A stretch of DNA of 64,000 nucleotides from Chiloscyllium plagiosum. Taxonomy: Eukaryota. The stretch covers positions 71,462,511-71,526,510 of the forward strand of contig NC_057711.1 in NCBI RefSeq assembly GCF_004010195.1. The letters run 5' to 3'. Position numbers and translations under genes: made by a program. The stretch's first letter is position 1; the number at the start of each line of letters is the position of its first letter. The notes beneath the pieces are model-generated. The model had not been told where the DNA came from. It worked only from the letters and a program-made list of their open reading frames with translations, and did not search any database. This document shows, piece after piece, positions 61,374-64,000 of this stretch.

Positions 61374-61786
61374 GCACGGCAGTTCAGGCAGCATCCGAGG
61401 AGCAGCAAAATCGACGTTTCGGGCAAAAGCCCTTCTTCAAGAATAGGGCTTTTGCCTGAAACGTTGATTTTGCTGCTCCTCGAATGCTGCCTGAACTGCT
61501 GCGCTCTTCCAGCACCACTAATCCAAAATCTGGTTTCCAGCATCTGCAGTCATTGTTTTTACCTTAGGAAGGTGGTGCTGAGTTCGAGGGTTGGGACTGA
61601 GACAAGGTGGGGGGAGGGGAAATGAGGAAACTGGAGAAATCTGAGTTCATCCCTTGTGGTTGGAGGATTCCTAGGCAGAAGATGAGACGCGCTTCCTCCA
61701 GCCGTCGTGTTGCTATGATCTGGTGTTGGAGGAGTCGAAGGACCTGCATGTCCTTGGTGAAGTGGGAGGGGGAGTTGAAGTGTTGA
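61374..61786. mobile_element. PLE fold-back terminus followed by a minus-strand GIY-YIG tail
   Basis: Arms meet at CTTCTTCAAGAATAGGG (about 61440). ORF 61564-61749 TRRLEEARLIFCLGILQPQGMNSDFSSF. Confidence 0.87.
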
Positions 61787-61861
61787 ATATCCTTGTAAAC
61801 CTTTTCTGAACCTTTTTAAGTTTCACAACATCCTTCCGATAGGTTTGTGTTTGTGTTCCAG

Positions 61862-62065
61862 AGTGCCAGTTAGTTCAGTTGGCTAGAAGGCTGGTTTTAA
61901 TATAGAATAATGTCGATAGTGCAGGTTCAATTCCCGCACTGACTGAGGTTATCCCACTTTCTCAACCTTGCCCCTCATTTGATGTGCAGTAACCCTACGT
62001 TAAACAACCTCCAGTTCTTTCTCTCTCTCCAGTGTGAGAGTCAAACTATGGTCACTTTACTTTTA
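61862..62065 (+). mobile_element. tRNA-derived SINE family C
   Basis: A box TAGTTCAGTTGG and B box GGTTCAATTCC, with an (ACTTT)n tail. Confidence 0.75.
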
Positions 62066-63383
62066 CACTGCTTTTCTTTCAATACTGACATCATCAATAG
62101 ATTGATACCTTGACTTTCTATCAGCCTGTCTCCTGAGTGATGCCCATGCTCAAACACAGATGAGTTGGCATGGAGAGGGAAGGCAAAAGGGTGATGGGTA
62201 GGGGCTATGCTGGAACTGAGTTAACAAAAGGACTATATGTGGCCATCGAGATGATTGAGGGCAAATGGGGTTTGAGAGACCATGGGAGATGGAATTAGTG
62301 GTACGGGGGTATCAGAGGACATGAGAGATAAGTGAATAGGGAGAGGTTATAAGAGGGGATGCGAGAGAACATGGGACACAAGTAGATGGGCATTGGGCAG
62401 CATGGGTGTATGAGGCGCCATAGGATATGGATACAAGGCATAGATTAGCACTGAAGGAGCATGGAGAATGAGGGAAATGATTGGATGAGTGCAGGAAGTA
62501 TGGTTTATGTTTTAATATTCAATTTTAATCTTTGAATTTGATGTTTGACCATGAGATAAGCCTTCCGAACAGTTGGGGCAGGAATTGGGCAACCTCTTAA
62601 ATTCTTCCTGGATTTCTCAGCTCAACTCATCCCCAGTGTGAAAGTCAGAAATGTGCACTGTTATTTTTAAAGGTAAGGTCCAACTCACAAAGCCCCAGAA
62701 ATGAAAATCGGTTCTTTCCTGTGAGTAATGCTTTTATCAGCATGAAAATTTATAATTTGTCATGTTTTGTTTTTACTTACAACTTTTTTTTCACAAGCTG
62801 AGAAGAGTGAAAAAACACTGGGATGCCTTAAACATGGAGAAAAACAACAAAAGTTAAACTGCACTTTGAATTATCTCGTGTCAATCATTAAGCTGATATT
62901 AGCCTTTCTGTAGTTTGTTTATTATTCATGGAAGAAAATGTTACTTCATAAAAAGTGACAAAATGTTGCATTAATCATCTGGCATTTATAAATGGCTGTT
63001 GCTAGCACTTTTGTGTATTCATTCAGCCATTTCCCCTTGTGAGTAGATAGAAAATTGTACATACAATATTGGGGTTGATCTGAGCCAAGTTCTGGATCTT
63101 GAATCACATTTTGCTGTGATTGACTACACAGGCAGATACAAGATTTACTAATTGGAAGACAGCAGTATGAGTTAAATTCAGATCCTATCATGTAAATCTG
63201 GATTTTATGTGCACTCCTAATTTGAATAAAATAATGGGTGTTACGTATACTGTCATGACCATGGTTCAGAACCATCAAGTATGATAGACGGTTTTATTCT
63301 TATAATTGTGATTTTTTTAAAAAGAATGCTGATGCAGCCAAATTGACTGTGAATGTATGTTAAGTGGCTATAAAGTATAGGTA

Positions 63384-64000
63384 CTCAAGCTATCATGGTT
63401 CTTACTTGATAATAGGACCATCCCACATGCAACTACAGGGATAGCACTTTCAAATATGCTAATGGGAAGAAGACTCTGCACAAAGTTAAATGTGATCTTC
63501 CCGAACCTGGAGGGGTGGGTGAAACGGCATCAAGAATGTCAGTATTGGACCCAAGACTCCGCCACGTGGAGAGACAGTTTACTCAGGGGATGAACGTTGA
63601 TGTAAGAGCCATAGGAATGGCCCTGCACAGGTAAGAGCTGAAAATGTGTTGCTGGAAAAGCGCAGCAGGTAGGGCAGCATCCAAGGAACAGGAGAATCGA
63701 CGTTTCGGGCATAAGCCCAATTCAGCCCTTTTTCAGCTCTGATCTCCAGCATCTGCAGCCCTCACTTTTTCTCTGCACAGGTAAGAGTCATGTTCAATTT
63801 GAGGTCCGGACCAGTGATGCGACAGTACTTAACAATCAGATGGATAGATGAAAGCCGCAAACTCACAAACGGCGGAAGGAGAAAGTGAATGTCTACCGAG
63901 GCATTCCTGACTCAAGAAGCGAGTGTGTTAGACACCAGTCGCATCGGACACCAAGTCAGAGGAACCTGATCTACTGCTAAAATGCCCCAGGAGGCTGTCC
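63384..64000 (+). mobile_element. Gypsy LTR-retrotransposon integrase C-terminal fragment, decayed
   Basis: LKLSWFLLDNRTIPHATTGIALSNMLMGRRLCTKLNVIFPNL matches the integrase YRxTPHxTTGxxPAELLMGRxLRTxL motif. Confidence 0.85.
63638..63772. mobile_element. PLE family-1 inverted mini-element, 15-bp TSD
   Basis: TSD CTGCACAGGTAAGAG at 63623-63637 and 63773-63787. The minus arm stops inside hammerhead stem II, followed by the plus 3' end. Confidence 0.9.

Noticed and set aside
62150..62500. Purine-rich GGCATGGG-like stretch (also about 60360-60500)
   Set aside because: It is low-complexity and probably part of an old repeat. I could not define its ends or period.

Overview
Eukaryotic, AT-rich intergenic or intronic DNA with four assembly gaps. 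The repeat repertoire (HE1/V-SINE, CR1, DeuSINE-like, Penelope-like elements) points to a cartilaginous fish, probably a shark; this is an inference. I find no intact host gene, tRNA, rRNA or CRISPR array. Every ORF I can recognise is a decayed transposon fragment or reads through N-runs. The window is a nested mosaic of CR1 LINEs, a second CR1/L2-group LINE, RTE and Rex1/Babar LINEs, at least five SINE families, PIF/Harbinger fossils (transposase plus presumed Myb/SANT partner gene), a Gypsy integrase fragment, a solo LTR, a Tigger-like MITE and many Penelope-like element (PLE) pieces. The most striking signal is that three unrelated PLE terminal families all carry a minimal hammerhead ribozyme motif (CUGANGA-A-stem II-GAAA-palindrome-UH) with covarying stems. 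About a dozen 100-230 bp mini-insertions consist only of this terminus. Many are flanked by 12-17 bp target-site duplications, and many are fold-back palindromes whose symmetry axis sits at the 5' edge of the ribozyme core. Family assignments are by eye from sequence and recalled motifs; no database searches were run and element boundaries are approximate.
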